From an uncultured Planctomycetota bacterium (GTDB taxonomy: Bacteria; Planctomycetota; Phycisphaerae; Tepidisphaerales; Tepidisphaeraceae): 64,000 bases of DNA. The position numbers and the translations under genes are program-made. Positions 38,921-48,070 of the stretch are shown piece by piece. The stretch covers positions 736,001-800,000 of the forward strand of contig CAWJEN010000006.1 of NCBI GenBank assembly GCA_963841915.1, written 5' to 3'. Below the pieces are notes generated by a model. The model ran no database searches. It was given only the letters and a program-made list of their open reading frames with translations, and had not been told where the DNA came from. The number at the start of each line of letters is the position of its first letter. The stretch's first letter is position 1.

Positions 38921-40117
38921 TCAAAAGCCACGCTTGAGGAAGACGGCCGGCAGGGTCTTGGCCAGCAGCGTGAAGTCGTGCACGACGCCGAACGACGTGG
39001 ACGTTTGGCGGACGTAGCGAAGGTCCATTCGCATCCAGTCGTCGAAGAGGACGCGACTGCGGCCATGAACTTGCCAGATGCAGGTAAGGCCGGGCGTGAC
39101 GTCGAGGCGTCGACGTTGCCACGGCTGGCAGGCGTCGCTTTCGACGACGGGCAGCGGGCGTGGGCCGACGAGGGTCATGTCGCCGCGGAGGATGTTCCAA
39201 AGCTGGGGCAATTCGTCGAGGCTCGTCTGACGAAGCAGGCGGCCGAACCGCGTGACGCGTGGGTCATGGCGGAGCTTGAAGGCAGGGCCGTCCTGTTCGC
39301 TGCCAGCCCGAAGGTTCAGTTCCGCCATGACGCGTTCGGCGTCGGTGACCATCGTGCGGAACTTGGCAATGTAGAAGGTGCGACCGCCGAGCCCGGTGCG
39401 GGCCTGCCAGAAGAGGGCCGGGCCGGAGCTATCGATGCGGACGAGCAGCCCGACGAGGAGCATGAGCGGGGCGAGCAACAGCATGCCGACGCTTGCCACC
39501 GCAAGGTCGATGCAACGCTTCCAAAGAGGCAGGCCTCGGGCAAAGCGGTGGGTGGTGTCGCAGGACGGTGCGTCGTGGCGACGCAGGGCCGCGGCCTCGT
39601 CGTCGGCGGTGCGGCTTGTGTCGCCAGTCGCATCGTGCGGGTAGGAAGCGACGACAAACTTGGGACGGACCGGCATGCGACTGGCGACGGCCTCGGCAAA
39701 TCGGGCGGCACCGTCGCGGCTGGTTTCGGGGAGCAGGACAACGAAGCAGTGCCGGACCGCACAGCCGAGCGACTCGCATAGCTGACGCGGCGCCGGTCCC
39801 AGCTCGTCGGTTTCACGCTTGCGGACATGAACGATCGTCGACAAATCTGCAGCGGCTTTGTAGGAACTGACGCCGAAGACCACGGTGGCGAACGAGCGAC
39901 CGGTCCGGTCGGCCAGCAGCCGGTCGCGGTGCATGCGACGACGCACGTCACGACGGGTCGGCAGGTCGAGCTTGACTGAGGTTCGCAGCCAGACACGACG
40001 AATTCGTCGGAGCAGACTGCGGGCACCATCCCTGGTGCTTGTGGGGGGTGATTCTTCAGTAGAATCGAAATTCTTAAGCAGCATCTTCTCGTATCTCCCT
40101 TGGCGTTTCCTCCTCAT
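38921..40117 (-). CDS. Priming sugar transferase (Bac_transf, WcaJ-like C-terminus) with N-terminal GGDEF-like region
   Basis: KRCIDL, KFRTM, DPRVTRFGRLLRQTSLDELPQLWN..GDMTLVGPRP, PGLTCIWQV. Confidence 0.92.
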   Translation of the reverse strand: MRRKRQGRYEKMLLKNFDSTEESPPTSTRDGARSLLRRIRRVWLRTSVKLDLPTRRDVRRRMHRDRLLADRTGRSFATVVFGVSSYKAAADLSTIVHVRKRETDELGPAPRQLCESLGCAVRHCFVVLLPETSRDGAARFAEAVASRMPVRPKFVVASYPHDATGDTSRTADDEAAALRRHDAPSCDTTHRFARGLPLWKRCIDLAVASVGMLLLAPLMLLVGLLVRIDSSGPALFWQARTGLGGRTFYIAKFRTMVTDAERVMAELNLRAGSEQDGPAFKLRHDPRVTRFGRLLRQTSLDELPQLWNILRGDMTLVGPRPLPVVESDACQPWQRRRLDVTPGLTCIWQVHGRSRVLFDDWMRMDLRYVRQTSTSFGVVHDFTLLAKTLPAVFLKRGF

Positions 40118-40423
40118 TCCGCAAGCCGATCCTGCGACGTTGTCCCCCCGGACGAGGCCGCATAATCATCCAGTACAGTCTCGCGGTCTGCCCCCGCTCA
40201 CACCGCTTTGTGACTTATTGGGCCACGTCACGATGCTGCTCTAAGTTACGTCAGGCCTGCCTTACGGATGCCACAGGATGAGCAAGAGTAGGTAGTTTTT
40301 AAGAGAGTCGTAACGCTCTATACGGCGCGGACCGTCTGTAGCGGCCGTGCTGAAAGTGCTGGCAATCATTAAGCGTGACGGCGGATCGGTCGATGCCAGG
40401 CGGACACCGCAGACCCGTCCGCC

Positions 40424-41674
40424 ATGTCCACCAGTGCCCCCAGCTTCGCCAACTTCCCATGTCGCCTCTGTGGTGCGGCGGTACGTCGCAGCTTTGCCGA
40501 CCTCGGCGCTCATCCGTTCTGCCAGCGACACGTCACGCCCGACCGGTACTACGCCGCGGAGCCGAATTATCCGTTGCACGCCTTCGCCTGCGACGCGTGC
40601 CGCTTGGTGCAACTACCCGACGGCCCTGACCCTGCCGAGATCTTTGCGGACTACGCGTTCTTCAGCGGGTTCAGCGACACGTGGAAGCAGCACGTCAGTG
40701 CTTACGCCGACGAGATGGGCAAGCGGCTGGACCTAGACGGCAAGAGCCTTGCCGTCGAAGTCGCTAGCAACGACGGCACGCTGCTCAAGGCGTTTCAGGA
40801 TCGCGGCGTTCCCGTCCGTGGCATCGAGCCGGCCGAGAATGTCGCCGACGCCGCCAATGAAGCGGGTGTGCCGACGGAAGCGTTCTTTCTCGGCCAAGCG
40901 ACCGCTGAAGAGTTCGTGCTCCGCAATGGCCCGGCCGACGTCGTCGCGGCCAACAACGTGCTGGCCCACGTGCCGAACCTCAACGACTTCGTCGCCGGTC
41001 TGGTGACGCTGCTGAAGCCTGAAGGCGTGCTGACCGTCGAGTTCCCACACGTCCGCCGCCAGCTCGATGAGAATCAATTCGACACGATCTACCACGAGCA
41101 CTGGAGCTACTTCTGGTTCTCGACGGCCAAGCTCGCCTTCGAGCGACACGGACTTCGCGTCTTCGACGTCAAGCTCACCGAAACGCACGGCGGCAGCGCC
41201 CGCTGCTATTGCTGTCGGGCTGATGCTTCGCACGTGGAAGCGCCTGCCGTCGCCGAGCAGCTTCGCCTCGACGCCGACGCCGGTCGCGAGTGCGACGAGA
41301 CCTACGACCGCTTTGCTGAACGCGTCCGCGAGACGAAGCGCGAGCTGCTCAGCTTCCTCATCGCCGCCAAGCGCGACGGAAAGCGGATCTGCGCGTACGG
41401 CGCGCCCGGTAAGGGCAACACGATGCTCAACTACTGCGGCATCGGCACCGACATGATCGACTTCACCGTCGATCGCAACCCCAAGAAGCAAGGCAACTAC
41501 CTGCCCGGAAGCCGTATTCCGATCAAGTCGCCCGACGACCTGCTCGCGGCCAGGCCCGACTACGTGCTGATTCTGCCTTGGAACCTCAAGGACGAGATCG
41601 CACAGCAGATGAACGAGATCCGCCAATGGGGCGGCCAGTTCGTCGTGCCGATCCCGACCGTCACCGTCTTCTAA
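40424..41674 (+). CDS. NDP-sugar C-methyltransferase (class I SAM, Zn-binding N-terminus)
   Basis: CRLC...CDAC Zn site, EVASNDG, NNVLAHVP, QFDTIYHEH, YGAPGKGNT, ILPWN. Confidence 0.93.
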   Translation: MSTSAPSFANFPCRLCGAAVRRSFADLGAHPFCQRHVTPDRYYAAEPNYPLHAFACDACRLVQLPDGPDPAEIFADYAFFSGFSDTWKQHVSAYADEMGKRLDLDGKSLAVEVASNDGTLLKAFQDRGVPVRGIEPAENVADAANEAGVPTEAFFLGQATAEEFVLRNGPADVVAANNVLAHVPNLNDFVAGLVTLLKPEGVLTVEFPHVRRQLDENQFDTIYHEHWSYFWFSTAKLAFERHGLRVFDVKLTETHGGSARCYCCRADASHVEAPAVAEQLRLDADAGRECDETYDRFAERVRETKRELLSFLIAAKRDGKRICAYGAPGKGNTMLNYCGIGTDMIDFTVDRNPKKQGNYLPGSRIPIKSPDDLLAARPDYVLILPWNLKDEIAQQMNEIRQWGGQFVVPIPTVTVF

Positions 41675-41691
41675 TCCAAACAACGAACCTC

Positions 41692-42822
41692 ATGCTTCTC
41701 GAAGAACCCAAGACGATGACCGCCGCCGATGTGGTCGCTACCGACCGCGCGTACATGCTCGATCGGCTGCGCAGCGAGTTCGCCCAGATGGCCGGCGGCA
41801 AGTTGCTCATCACGGGCGGTGCCGGTTTCCTCGGCTACTACCTCACGCACGCCGTTGCCGCCTGGAATGAAGAGGCGAGCAAGAACGACCGCATCGCCGT
41901 CACAGTCAGCGACAACTTCATGCGCGGCAAGCCGACGTGGCTTGAAGAGATGGAAGACGCCGACGGCGTCGAGCTCATCAAGTGGGACGTTCGCGACGAG
42001 ATTCCGGCGCGGCTTCGCGACGACGGCCTCGACTGGGTCATTCACGCAGCCAGCATCGCTTCGCCGACGTTCTACCGGGCCAAGCCGGTCGAGACGATCG
42101 ACGCCAACATCGGTGGCCTGCGGCAGATTCTCGACCTCGCCAACAAGCAGGGCAAGAAGCCCGGCGGCATCCTGTTTTACAGCTCCAGCGAGGTCTACGG
42201 CGATCCGGCCGTCATTCCCACGCCCGAAGACTACCGCGGCAATGTCAGCTGCACCGGCCCCCGCGCCTGCTACGACGAGGCCAAGCGGTTCGGCGAGACG
42301 CTCTGCGTCGTCTTCGCCAAGCACCACGATCTTGCCGTCAAGATCGCCCGTCCGTTCAACAACTACGGCCCGGGCCTCAAGCTCGATGACCGCCGCGTCG
42401 TCAGCGACTTCGCCCGCAACGTTCTCGACGGCGAGGACATTGTGATGCTGTCCGATGGCACCGCGACCCGCACGTTCTGCTACGTCGCCGACGCGGTCGT
42501 CGGGTACTACAAAGTGCTGGTCAACGGCCAGCCGGGCGAAGCGTTCAACATCGGCATCGAAGATCCGGAAGTGAGCGTTGCCGACTTCGCCCGTGCGATG
42601 GCCGACGCAGGTCGTGATGTCTGCGGCTACGAAGGCAGCGTCGTCACCGCTCCGCCGCCGGATGCCGATTACCTCGCCGACAACCCGAATCGCCGCTGCC
42701 CGGTGATGACGAAGGCGCGCTTGGAGATCGGCTTCGACCCGCAAGTGGGCCTTGAAGACGGCCTCCGCAAGCTGCTCGCCTGGTACGCCGACCACCCGGC
42801 AACGGACGAAGAAACGGTTTAG
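41692..42822 (+). CDS. NAD-dependent epimerase/dehydratase, UDP-glucuronate decarboxylase-like
   Basis: TGGAGFLG, AASIASP, SSEVYGDP, GPRACYDEAKR, TRTFCYV, DNPNRRCP. Confidence 0.9.
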   Translation: MLLEEPKTMTAADVVATDRAYMLDRLRSEFAQMAGGKLLITGGAGFLGYYLTHAVAAWNEEASKNDRIAVTVSDNFMRGKPTWLEEMEDADGVELIKWDVRDEIPARLRDDGLDWVIHAASIASPTFYRAKPVETIDANIGGLRQILDLANKQGKKPGGILFYSSSEVYGDPAVIPTPEDYRGNVSCTGPRACYDEAKRFGETLCVVFAKHHDLAVKIARPFNNYGPGLKLDDRRVVSDFARNVLDGEDIVMLSDGTATRTFCYVADAVVGYYKVLVNGQPGEAFNIGIEDPEVSVADFARAMADAGRDVCGYEGSVVTAPPPDADYLADNPNRRCPVMTKARLEIGFDPQVGLEDGLRKLLAWYADHPATDEETV

Positions 42823-42831
42823 CACGCTCCA

Positions 42832-42953
42832 GAGGAACGCGAAGCTACGAAGGGGCGAAGGGCCGCGAAGTTCAGAAGGAGGAGTAGAGGCTGCCTCTAA
42901 ATCCCAGCTTCTGCCTTCGCGGTCCTTCGCCCCTTCGCTCCTTCGCGTTCCTC
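42832..42953. repeat. Long REP-like palindrome built from CGAAG units
   Basis: 39-nt arms 42832-42870 and 42915-42953, complementary at 35/39 positions, with nested inner stems. Confidence 0.85.
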
Positions 42954-42967
42954 CGATCACGACACGA

Positions 42968-44323
42968 ATGACACTTAAGATTTCCATCATCGGCACCGGT
43001 TACGTCGGGCTCGTCTCTGCGGCCTGTTACGCAGAGCACGGGCATGACGTCACGTGCGTCGATATCGATTCGGCCAAGATCGACAGCGTCAATCGTGGCG
43101 AGTCGTTCCTGCACGAGCCGGGACTTCAAGACCTGCTCAAGCACAATGTCCCCGGCCGGCTGCGGGCGACGGATGACCTGGCGGCGGCGGTGCGGGCGAG
43201 CGACCTGACGATGGTCGCCGTACCGACGCCGTTCGATGCAAGGAGCGGGCTGATCGATCTGTCCAGCGTGCTCAACGCCGCAGAGGCGGTCGGTCGGGCG
43301 CTGGCTGACAAGGAAGGGTTTCACAGCGTCGTGCTCAAAAGCACGTGCGTGCCGGGGACTGCTGTCGGAGCGTTTTGCGACGCCATCACGCGAGGCGGCG
43401 GGAAGAACTTCGCTGTCGGCTCGTGCCCGGAGTTCCTCAGCGAAGGCACAGCCGTCGATGACTTCCTGAACCCCGATCGCATTGTCATCGGCGGCGACGA
43501 TCCGCGCGTGCTGGCCATGCTCCGCGAGCTTCACGCGGGCTTTGCCGACGTGACCGTGCTCGAGACGACGCCTTCGACGGCAGAGGCAATCAAGTACGCC
43601 AGCAACGCGTTACTGGCGACGTGCGTCAGCTTTGCGAACGAAATTGCCAACGCCTGCGAAGTGGCGGGCGACGTCGACGCGCTGGACGTCATGCGTGGCG
43701 TGAGCCTGTCGCGCTACCTGACGACCGACGGCCACACCGCGCCGCTGGCAGCGTTCCTCATCCCCGGCTGCGGATATGGCGGCTCGTGCCTGCCCAAGGA
43801 CGTGGCGGCGTTGGCGGGCTTCATGCGGACACGCGGCGTCGAGCCGACGATGCTCGACGCCGTCGCCAAAACCAACGACGGCCGTGGGGCGACGCTCGTG
43901 GCGCGACTGGCCGAGCGGTTGGGCTCGCTGAAGGGTCGCAAGATCGTGGTCCTCGGCACTGCCTTCAAGCCCGGTACGGGCGACCTGCGGACGAGTCCGG
44001 CAGAGCCGGTGATCGACGCGCTGGTCGCAGCCGGCGCAACCGTTCAGGCGCACGACCCGGCGGCAGCAGAGGCGACACGCGAGCGGTTTGGTGAACGCAT
44101 CACGATGGTGAACGACGCCCGCGATGCCTGCCGCTCGGCAGATGGCATCATCATCTGCACAGCTTGGCCAGAGTACCAGCAACTACCCCAGTGGCTTGCA
44201 GGTTTGACCAAGCAGCCCTTGGTCGCCGACGGAAGACGAGCCATTTTACCGGAAGCTGTACAGAACTACATCGGCGTGGGCTTAAGTACGGCCGCGCCAG
44301 ACCCGATGAGGCAGGCAGCATGA
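42968..44323 (+). CDS. ugd: UDP-glucose/GDP-mannose dehydrogenase family protein
   Basis: IGTGYVG, VPTP, KSTCVPGT, PEFLSEG, AIKYASN, GYGGSCLPKD, FKPGTGDLR. Confidence 0.93.
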   Translation: MTLKISIIGTGYVGLVSAACYAEHGHDVTCVDIDSAKIDSVNRGESFLHEPGLQDLLKHNVPGRLRATDDLAAAVRASDLTMVAVPTPFDARSGLIDLSSVLNAAEAVGRALADKEGFHSVVLKSTCVPGTAVGAFCDAITRGGGKNFAVGSCPEFLSEGTAVDDFLNPDRIVIGGDDPRVLAMLRELHAGFADVTVLETTPSTAEAIKYASNALLATCVSFANEIANACEVAGDVDALDVMRGVSLSRYLTTDGHTAPLAAFLIPGCGYGGSCLPKDVAALAGFMRTRGVEPTMLDAVAKTNDGRGATLVARLAERLGSLKGRKIVVLGTAFKPGTGDLRTSPAEPVIDALVAAGATVQAHDPAAAEATRERFGERITMVNDARDACRSADGIIICTAWPEYQQLPQWLAGLTKQPLVADGRRAILPEAVQNYIGVGLSTAAPDPMRQAA

Positions 44324-45270
44324 GTGCGACCCAGCAACAACCCGAGCGGCCCACACGCGGCATGAAGGTCGTGCTCTTCTGCGGCGGCCAGGGACTTCGC
44401 ATTCGCGACTACGACCACCAGGTGCCCAAGCCCATGGTGCCCGTCGGCTACAGGCCGATCCTCTGGCACATCATGCGGTGGTACGCCCACCACGGCCATC
44501 GCGACTTCATCCTGTGCCTCGGCCACGGGGCCGACGCGATCAAGCGGTACTTCCTCGAGTACGACGAGAGCGTGACGAACGACTTCGTCCTCTCGCCGCG
44601 GAGTGGTAGCAGGTCGGGCCGACGCAGCGTCGACGCCTCGCGTCAGCACGATGTCGACCTTGTCACCGACGACACGAGCGACTGGTCCATCGGCTTTGTC
44701 GACACGGGCAAGAACGCCAACATCGGCGAACGGCTCACGGCAGTTCGGCCCTACCTCGGGGACGACGAGTGGTTTCTGGCCAACTACGCCGACGGCCTGA
44801 GCGACGTGCCGATGCCGGAGATGATCGAGCACGTGCAAGAGGCGCACGCCAGGAACGGCACGCTGGCGACCTTTGCCCGTGTACGGCCGAGCCAGACGTT
44901 CCACTGCGTCAACAGCGACGACGACGGCACGGTCCGCTCGATCGCCGAAGTGGGCGGCCGCGACCTTTGGATCAACGGCGGTTTCTTCTGCCTGCACCGT
45001 GATTTTTTCAACCACCTCGACGAGGGCGAAGATCTTGTAGGCGATGCACTGCCGAAGCTCATTCCGTTCGGTCGCCTGACGAGCTGGCGGCACGAAGGGT
45101 TCTTTGCGGCGATGGACACGTTCAAGGAGCAGCAGCAGCTCGCGAACATGCACGCCGAAGGCATCGCGCCTTGGGAAGTGTGGCGGCATGAGAAGCGTCG
45201 ACAGCGTGACGCGGCGGTGATGCGTCGATTCCAGCAGTCCGATTCGAACAAGCTTCGCACCGTCGCCTGA
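44320..45270 (+). CDS. rfbF: Glucose-1-phosphate cytidylyltransferase-like protein
   Basis: FCGGQGLRIR..PKPMV..PILWHIM, DTG, NYADGLSD, WINGGFF, MDTFKE. Confidence 0.88.
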   Translation: MSATQQQPERPTRGMKVVLFCGGQGLRIRDYDHQVPKPMVPVGYRPILWHIMRWYAHHGHRDFILCLGHGADAIKRYFLEYDESVTNDFVLSPRSGSRSGRRSVDASRQHDVDLVTDDTSDWSIGFVDTGKNANIGERLTAVRPYLGDDEWFLANYADGLSDVPMPEMIEHVQEAHARNGTLATFARVRPSQTFHCVNSDDDGTVRSIAEVGGRDLWINGGFFCLHRDFFNHLDEGEDLVGDALPKLIPFGRLTSWRHEGFFAAMDTFKEQQQLANMHAEGIAPWEVWRHEKRRQRDAAVMRRFQQSDSNKLRTVA

Positions 45271-45935
45271 TGTCAAGGGCAGTGACAGGGCCATTTATGC
45301 TGAACCTCACGGACATCTCGAAGCTCGAGCGTGTGCTGTGCATCGGTGCCCACAGCGACGACATCGAGATCGGCTGCGGTGCGACGATGTTTCGATTGAT
45401 GCGTGACTTGCCGACGCTCGAGGTGACGTGGTGCGTTTTGTGTGGTGACGGCGTGCGGGGTGACGAAGCGCGCGAAGCAGCACACAAGGTGCTGGGTGAT
45501 CGGGCGAGTTGCCGAGTCATCGTGCACACGTTTCGCGACGCACACCTTCCCGGAGACTGGTTGAACGTGAAGCAGGCCGTCGGAGATCTGCGGGCGAGCG
45601 AGCCAGACCTTGTCTTTGCCCACCGTCACGGCGACAACCATCAGGACCACCGACTCGTCGCCGAGCTGGTCGATCAGTCGTTTCGCAATCACGTGGTCTA
45701 CGGCTACGAGATTCCGAAATATGACGGAGACCTTGGGCGGCCGAACGTTTTTGCATCGGCAACACGCGATGACCTGCAGGCCAAGTGTCGCCTGCTCGAC
45801 ACGTTCACGAGTCAGGGCGACAAGCACTGGTTCGACGACGAGGCGTTTACGGGGCTGGCCCGTATTCGCGGGCTCGAGTGTGCGTCACCGACTGGTTACG
45901 CCGAAGGGTTTTACTGCAGAAAGGCGATGTTTTGA
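45270..45935 (+). CDS. PIG-L/LmbE family deacetylase
   Basis: AHSDDIEIG, HQDH, YEIPKYDGD. Start may be 45297. Confidence 0.9.
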   Translation: MSRAVTGPFMLNLTDISKLERVLCIGAHSDDIEIGCGATMFRLMRDLPTLEVTWCVLCGDGVRGDEAREAAHKVLGDRASCRVIVHTFRDAHLPGDWLNVKQAVGDLRASEPDLVFAHRHGDNHQDHRLVAELVDQSFRNHVVYGYEIPKYDGDLGRPNVFASATRDDLQAKCRLLDTFTSQGDKHWFDDEAFTGLARIRGLECASPTGYAEGFYCRKAMF

Positions 45936-47314
45936 GTGAAGCGCACCAGAACGTCTTGCTGATCGCTTATGGCTGCGAGCCGGGGCGTGGCAGTGAAGCT
46001 GGCATTGGTTGGTCCCACGCGGTGGAGACGGCCAAGGCGCGGCCGACGTGGATCATCTGTCACCCGTCCCACCGCGTCGAGCTCGACAAGGGCATTGCCG
46101 ACTGGAACCGAAGCGGCCAAGGTTGTCCGATGCACGCCGTTTACATCGACGCTTCCCCTTTGATGCAGACGCTGGAGGGTGCGGGCTACTTCGGCTTCAA
46201 CGTCTACTACTACGCGTGGATCCGTGCCGCGGCGAAGGTGGCGGTGCGGCTGCACCAAGAGGTCGGATTCGCCGTCGCACAACACGTGTCGCTGACGCGT
46301 TGGTGGATGCCTTCGCCGGCGACGGCTGTGGCCGAACGGGGCGTGCCGTTGTTGTTCGGGCCTGTGGGCGCTGGCGAATGCATGCCGTGGTCGTTCCGCC
46401 GCGGCATCGGGATGCGCGGGTTTTTAACAGAGATCAGCCGCACACTGGCGCGTCGACTTTTTCAGTGCGACCCGATGCTCAAGCGGAACGCGCAGCTAGC
46501 GACCGGCGTTGTCGAGACGGACGAAACCGAGCGACGACTGCGGTCGCTGGGGTGCAAGCGCGTGCTCCGCGCGGCGTCGCTGCCGTGCGACCCGGAGCAG
46601 ATGCAGCAGATCGAGCCGATGCCGAAGAAGCCGGGCACGTTCCGCATCGTCAGTGGCGGCGGGCTCGTCTACTGGAAGTCGTTTCACCTGAGCGTCCGCG
46701 CGTTTGCCGAAGCGTTTGGTGACGAGCCGAATGTCGAGTACGTCCACGTGTGCGGCGGCGAGCAGATGGAGCGGATTCGTCGCGAGGCCGAGCAGCTTGG
46801 CGTGGCAGATCGTGTGCACCTGACGGGCGACACGCCGCACCTGGACAACCTGCGCTGGGTGAAGTCGGCCGATGTCTATGCGCTGCCGACGATGCGCGAC
46901 ACGACGGCCCACTTGTTCGAGGCGCTGAGCGTCGGCGTGCCCTGTGTGGTCGCCGATCATCTGTCGCCGCGGTCGATGATCGACGAGACGTGCGGCATCC
47001 GCGTGCCTTTGGATGATGGACCCAAAGCGTTTGTAGCAGCGATGGCACGTGCCTTCCGCGTGCTGTACGACGACACTCAGAAGTACAGCAGTTTGTCCGA
47101 CGGCGCACGGACCCGATCGGGACAATTGTCGCGCGAAACCTTCGGCCGCACGATCCGCCAGGCGCAGGGTGAGCTCATCAGCGCGTCGGCAAAGTCGCCT
47201 AAGCTGCCGACTTGCAGGACCTGCAAACTGTCTACGGCGTCGACTTCTCCGGTGCCGCCAAAGCAGGCAAAACAGCATGGGTGGCGACAACGGTCATCGA
47301 CGGCGACCGCCTGA
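45932..47314 (+). CDS. Glycosyltransferase family 4
   Basis: AYGCEPGRGSEAGIGW, GPVGAGE, EALSVGVP. True end may be near 47202. Confidence 0.88.
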   Translation: MSEAHQNVLLIAYGCEPGRGSEAGIGWSHAVETAKARPTWIICHPSHRVELDKGIADWNRSGQGCPMHAVYIDASPLMQTLEGAGYFGFNVYYYAWIRAAAKVAVRLHQEVGFAVAQHVSLTRWWMPSPATAVAERGVPLLFGPVGAGECMPWSFRRGIGMRGFLTEISRTLARRLFQCDPMLKRNAQLATGVVETDETERRLRSLGCKRVLRAASLPCDPEQMQQIEPMPKKPGTFRIVSGGGLVYWKSFHLSVRAFAEAFGDEPNVEYVHVCGGEQMERIRREAEQLGVADRVHLTGDTPHLDNLRWVKSADVYALPTMRDTTAHLFEALSVGVPCVVADHLSPRSMIDETCGIRVPLDDGPKAFVAAMARAFRVLYDDTQKYSSLSDGARTRSGQLSRETFGRTIRQAQGELISASAKSPKLPTCRTCKLSTASTSPVPPKQAKQHGWRQRSSTATA

Positions 47315-48048
47315 GGCTCACATCTGTCCAGCGTCTCGATCACTTCAGCGGTTCACCCAACCGAGCCGAGGCCCTGGCAGGACTGGTGCGGGCGGTCAAG
47401 GCTTCGCGCAACGCATTGTGGGCTATCGACTTTCCGTTCGGCTTACCGATCGAGTTGCGTTTCGGTGACTGGTCACGTCAGCTCGAGCTCGTCCGCAAAT
47501 GGGAAGGTGATGCCAATTCGTTCGGGCATCACTGCTTAGCCACCTCGAAGCGGCTTAACAATGGCGTAGGGCACGTCAGACGTCTGACGGACGTGGAGAC
47601 GAAGACGCCTTTCGACTGCTACCACTATCGCATCATCTACCAGACGTTTCACGGCATGCGGGACGTGCTGGCTCCTCTGGAGCACGAGCCGAAGACGAAA
47701 ATCTTGCCCTATCAAGAGAAAGTTGATGATTCCGACGAGCGAATTGTCGTCGAGGCGTGCCCGAGCAGCACGTTGAAGCGGCTGGGCCTGCCTCACCAGA
47801 AGTACAAGCAGCCCAGCGGGAAACCACCCGACGATGTTCGGCGGGCAACGAAGCGGATAATTCTTAAGGGAATCTGCGACTTCATCACGATCGGCGACTC
47901 GCCACGTCGGCGGATGATGGACGACTCCGGCGGTGACGCCCTCGACGCAGCCCTGGCAGCCGTCGGCGGGTGGCACGGCTACCACACGCTTGGCAACGGA
48001 ACCAGTGGCTCTGACCGGTACATGCGCGAGGGTCGCATCTATGCCTGA
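47212..48048 (+). CDS. DUF429-like protein (predicted RNase H-fold nuclease)
   Basis: GVDFSGA, IDFPFGLP, VEACP, DALDA; TAAGCT -10 box 6 nt before the TTG. Confidence 0.75.
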   Translation: MQDLQTVYGVDFSGAAKAGKTAWVATTVIDGDRLRLTSVQRLDHFSGSPNRAEALAGLVRAVKASRNALWAIDFPFGLPIELRFGDWSRQLELVRKWEGDANSFGHHCLATSKRLNNGVGHVRRLTDVETKTPFDCYHYRIIYQTFHGMRDVLAPLEHEPKTKILPYQEKVDDSDERIVVEACPSSTLKRLGLPHQKYKQPSGKPPDDVRRATKRIILKGICDFITIGDSPRRRMMDDSGGDALDAALAAVGGWHGYHTLGNGTSGSDRYMREGRIYA

Positions 48049-48070
48049 ACGGGCTATCGTGCACCTCTCC

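Noticed and set aside
40360..40374. Sigma-54 promoter (TGGCA...GC) for the sugar-biosynthesis arm
   Set aside because: GG-N10-GC spacing is present, but the -12 element is AAGC rather than TTGC and no activator is nearby. Too weak.
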